Shown one piece after another: positions 61,435 to 64,000 of a stretch of 64,000 nucleotides of DNA. The stretch is from Phyllosticta citribraziliensis (lineage: Eukaryota), in NCBI RefSeq assembly GCF_038025025.1, contig NW_027117342.1, positions 310,001 to 374,000 on the forward strand, written 5' to 3'. The position numbers and the translations under genes are program-made. The notes under the pieces were generated by a model. That model was not told the origin of the DNA. It did not search any database and was given only the letters and a program-made list of their open reading frames with translations. Position 1 is the stretch's first letter. Each line of letters begins with the position of its first letter.

Positions 61435-63568
61435 TCAGCTAAGAAATGGCGGATTGAATAAGAGCGGCGGGAGCCTCGTGAAGGAACGACGGTTGGTCCA
61501 CGCGTCATGACTAGGCTCTCGAATCGCACCCTCAAGATCGGAGCCAAAGCCACTCTTCTCGCGTTCAGTCGCATGGTTCATGTCATCACTGAGCTGAGTC
61601 TGCTGCATGGCACGGTCGGTGTCTCGAAATACACGGTGTCGAGGTACGAGGAGAGGATGTGCGAACCTCGACCTCCTTCTCTGCAGCGCCGGAGATTTTG
61701 TGACTGGTGGGAGATTGTCACCATCGCTTGAACGCTCCTCTTGGACATTCATCTTTCGCACTGGTCGATTCTGCCAGGAAGCCTTTGACTGGTTGGATTG
61801 ACAGTCTGTTGGTCACTCGATTAGCAACGCGAAGGGCCGCCAAAAGACCTTCTGTGACTTGTATGCAAAATGGGAGTGATGCTTGTTCAGGAAGAAGATG
61901 GAACCTTTCAGAGCCCTGGATGAAGTCCTGAAATCCAATTCCAACGGATCGACGTGTACAGGCCTTTCCATTGTTGCCGATTGACTTTTCTGGATGTCCG
62001 CACCAGGGTGGCTCAAACGCTGAGCATTGTCAACTCGGTGGCTATGAGCAGCATCAGGAACTCCTTCGATATCTTCATAAACTTCCATCCAAAGGCCAGA
62101 GCTCTTCATTCTCGCTTTCTGGCCTGGACGTGACGGGTCCAAGAGATGGAAGAGCACGTCTTCAGGTTCCTGTTGTGCATCTGATTGCGCGAGCGTGTCG
62201 AATTGGCCATCTTCATTTGCGCCATCGCTTTTGTTGGCGGCAGATTCTGGTCGCACGTTTTCCATGTCAGAAAATTCCTCGTCCTCTTCAACGACGATTC
62301 CCATTATTTCCTCATAGGTTTCCTCGCGATATTCTGGCACGGCTTCACTCTCAGGGCGGGATAGGCTGCGTGTGGGAATCATTTCGTCACGTTGGGGGTT
62401 TGACTCGATTCTGTCGTTCATTTCACATTGTGTCCGTTGTAAGAGATGCGCGGCCACGGATCCGCCTGTCAAAGCATTCAGCCCATTCAAATGCTGAGAA
62501 GGCGCAGGGCTGGTGGCAGTGGGTTGGACTCGTTGCGACGCCTTGGGCGCATTGGTGGAGCGATCTGACGCCGTTCCAAGAATCTGCCTGGGCAGGTTCA
62601 TCGCTGGGTCGCGTAATTGGTGAGCTCTGTTGACCTCCAACGGATAAGGCGCTGGCAATTCTCCTGCAATAATTTTCAAAGTCCCCGAACCTTGGAAATT
62701 CAATCGTCGGTTTCTTCGTGGTCTCTTCTTGGCCGGTAGCGACAGTTCTGACGGAGAAAAACCATCGCCTGGGCGATTGGTCGACTTGCTCTTGATTTTT
62801 GGAAATTTGAAAGCAGAGAGGTAGGCTGTCAGTTCTGTGGGCCTGGCGGGGCGAAATTGCTTTTCCAGCGACGTGAGTGTCATTCTGCGAGCCACAACAC
62901 CTGCTGCGCCGCAATCTCCCGAGGCTTGCTCAGTAGGTTTGTCGTGTGCATCTTCAATCGGATCGTTGGGAGGAGTAAGATGGTCATCCTTTGACGGCGC
63001 GCCCTGTCAGCACGAGGCAAGAAATGTTGCTTCGCCGCACTCACGTCAGCATCCGAGTCTGTATCGGTCTCTTGAAATATAGAGGACGGGACCAAGGCTA
63101 GCTGGCGGGTTGTAGGCAACCGTCTTTTTGCTGGTTTGACAGGGCGTTTTCTTTTCAGCTTTGGTCTCTCGCGGTCTTGATCCGAAGCTTCGCCAGCCCC
63201 ATCATCGCTGCTGCGAGATTCCTGACGAGACTTGCTTGAGATCAACGCGATTTTGTTTTTGCGCGAATACGTTTTGATGGGTTTCCTGGCTGGAAGCATT
63301 CGTTCAATAGCAGCATCTTGGGGCTCAAAAGTCACGAGACTAGGCTCTGTCGCAGCCGGAGGCGAGGCAGACCGACGAGGTTGTTGAGGGTCGCATTGAT
63401 TATCTTCTGGATTCGTCGAGATTGTTTCAGATGGCAATAGGTCGGCAATAGAATCGTCATGAAAAGTCGCCAGCATGCGTTGAAAGTCACGGGATCCGGG
63501 CGGCAGGTACTGGAAGCCCGTGGTCTTTGACGGCGACGGCGACGGCGAGCCCTGACGAAGACGCTGCT
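61435..63568 (-). CDS. Hypothetical disordered basic/acidic protein; 5' and 3' exon structure uncertain
   Basis: Open frame from acceptor ~63568 (ATG 63476) to donor 63044; intron 63044-63004 joins in frame to ORF 61813-62895; probable further intron ending at 61806; NLS-like KLKRKRP and KKRPRR. Confidence 0.6.
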
Positions 63569-64000
63569 GACGGTTAGCCTCTTGCCTTTGCCACGTATGA
63601 GACTGATGAGAACGAGATACGAGGGCCGATTGCGAGGTGAAGAGCTGATGGCGACGTGAGAAGGGGAGCGTGGCATCTTTCCAGGATCAGCGCCGGTGCC
63701 ACCATCCGAACACGCACAACAACATGGCCATCTCGAGATGCCGCGACCTGCGATGCGACCGACATGGCGTCGTCGCCAGAGGGGCGTTGGCGACGGAGGC
63801 TCTGATGTCGAATTCGATGATGGGTGATGGTGAGGCGACGTCGTGGAGATGGGCGTGGCGTCGCGATTGCCCTCTGGAGCTTCCTGCTTCGCAGGCTGTC
63901 GTGTGCGCACTGACACCACTGACGACTGAAGACTCCGCCCGGGGTGTCGAGAGAGGGGCCACAGCGTTACGAAGATCTTTGGCGGTAAGTCATGGCTGAA

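Overview
Gene-dense, GC-rich eukaryotic DNA from a filamentous ascomycete (Pezizomycotina-type introns: GTRAGT/GTACGT donors, CTRAC branch sites, YAG acceptors, mostly 45-75 nt). About 24 spliced or single-exon protein genes can be rebuilt by hand. Recognisable ones: thioredoxin, NUF2, ATP17, complex I NDUFS4, ARC1, UDP-glucose 4-epimerase, a SUN/Sad1 protein, TMEM42-like, NOP53, Rab6/YPT6, TOM20, EXO84, TRS85, a CCA1-Tti2 fusion, MTR3 and a DUF3112-like membrane protein. The ORF-poor region at 56.1-57.3 kb is a spliced non-coding host gene. Its introns carry snR55-like and snR61-like C/D snoRNAs plus a ~235-nt structured C/D RNA with no target I can identify. Other notable items: a 724-nt NUF2 intron that folds into a nested multi-helix structure; a ~1330-aa membrane-anchored glycine-zipper repeat protein with Kex2-type sites and a degenerate cytochrome b561-like tail; two 47-nt GC-AG introns; and three genes with in-frame upstream ATGs adding mitochondrial-presequence-like extensions. 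No transposon, tRNA, rRNA or CRISPR was seen. All family assignments come from motif recognition, not from database searches.
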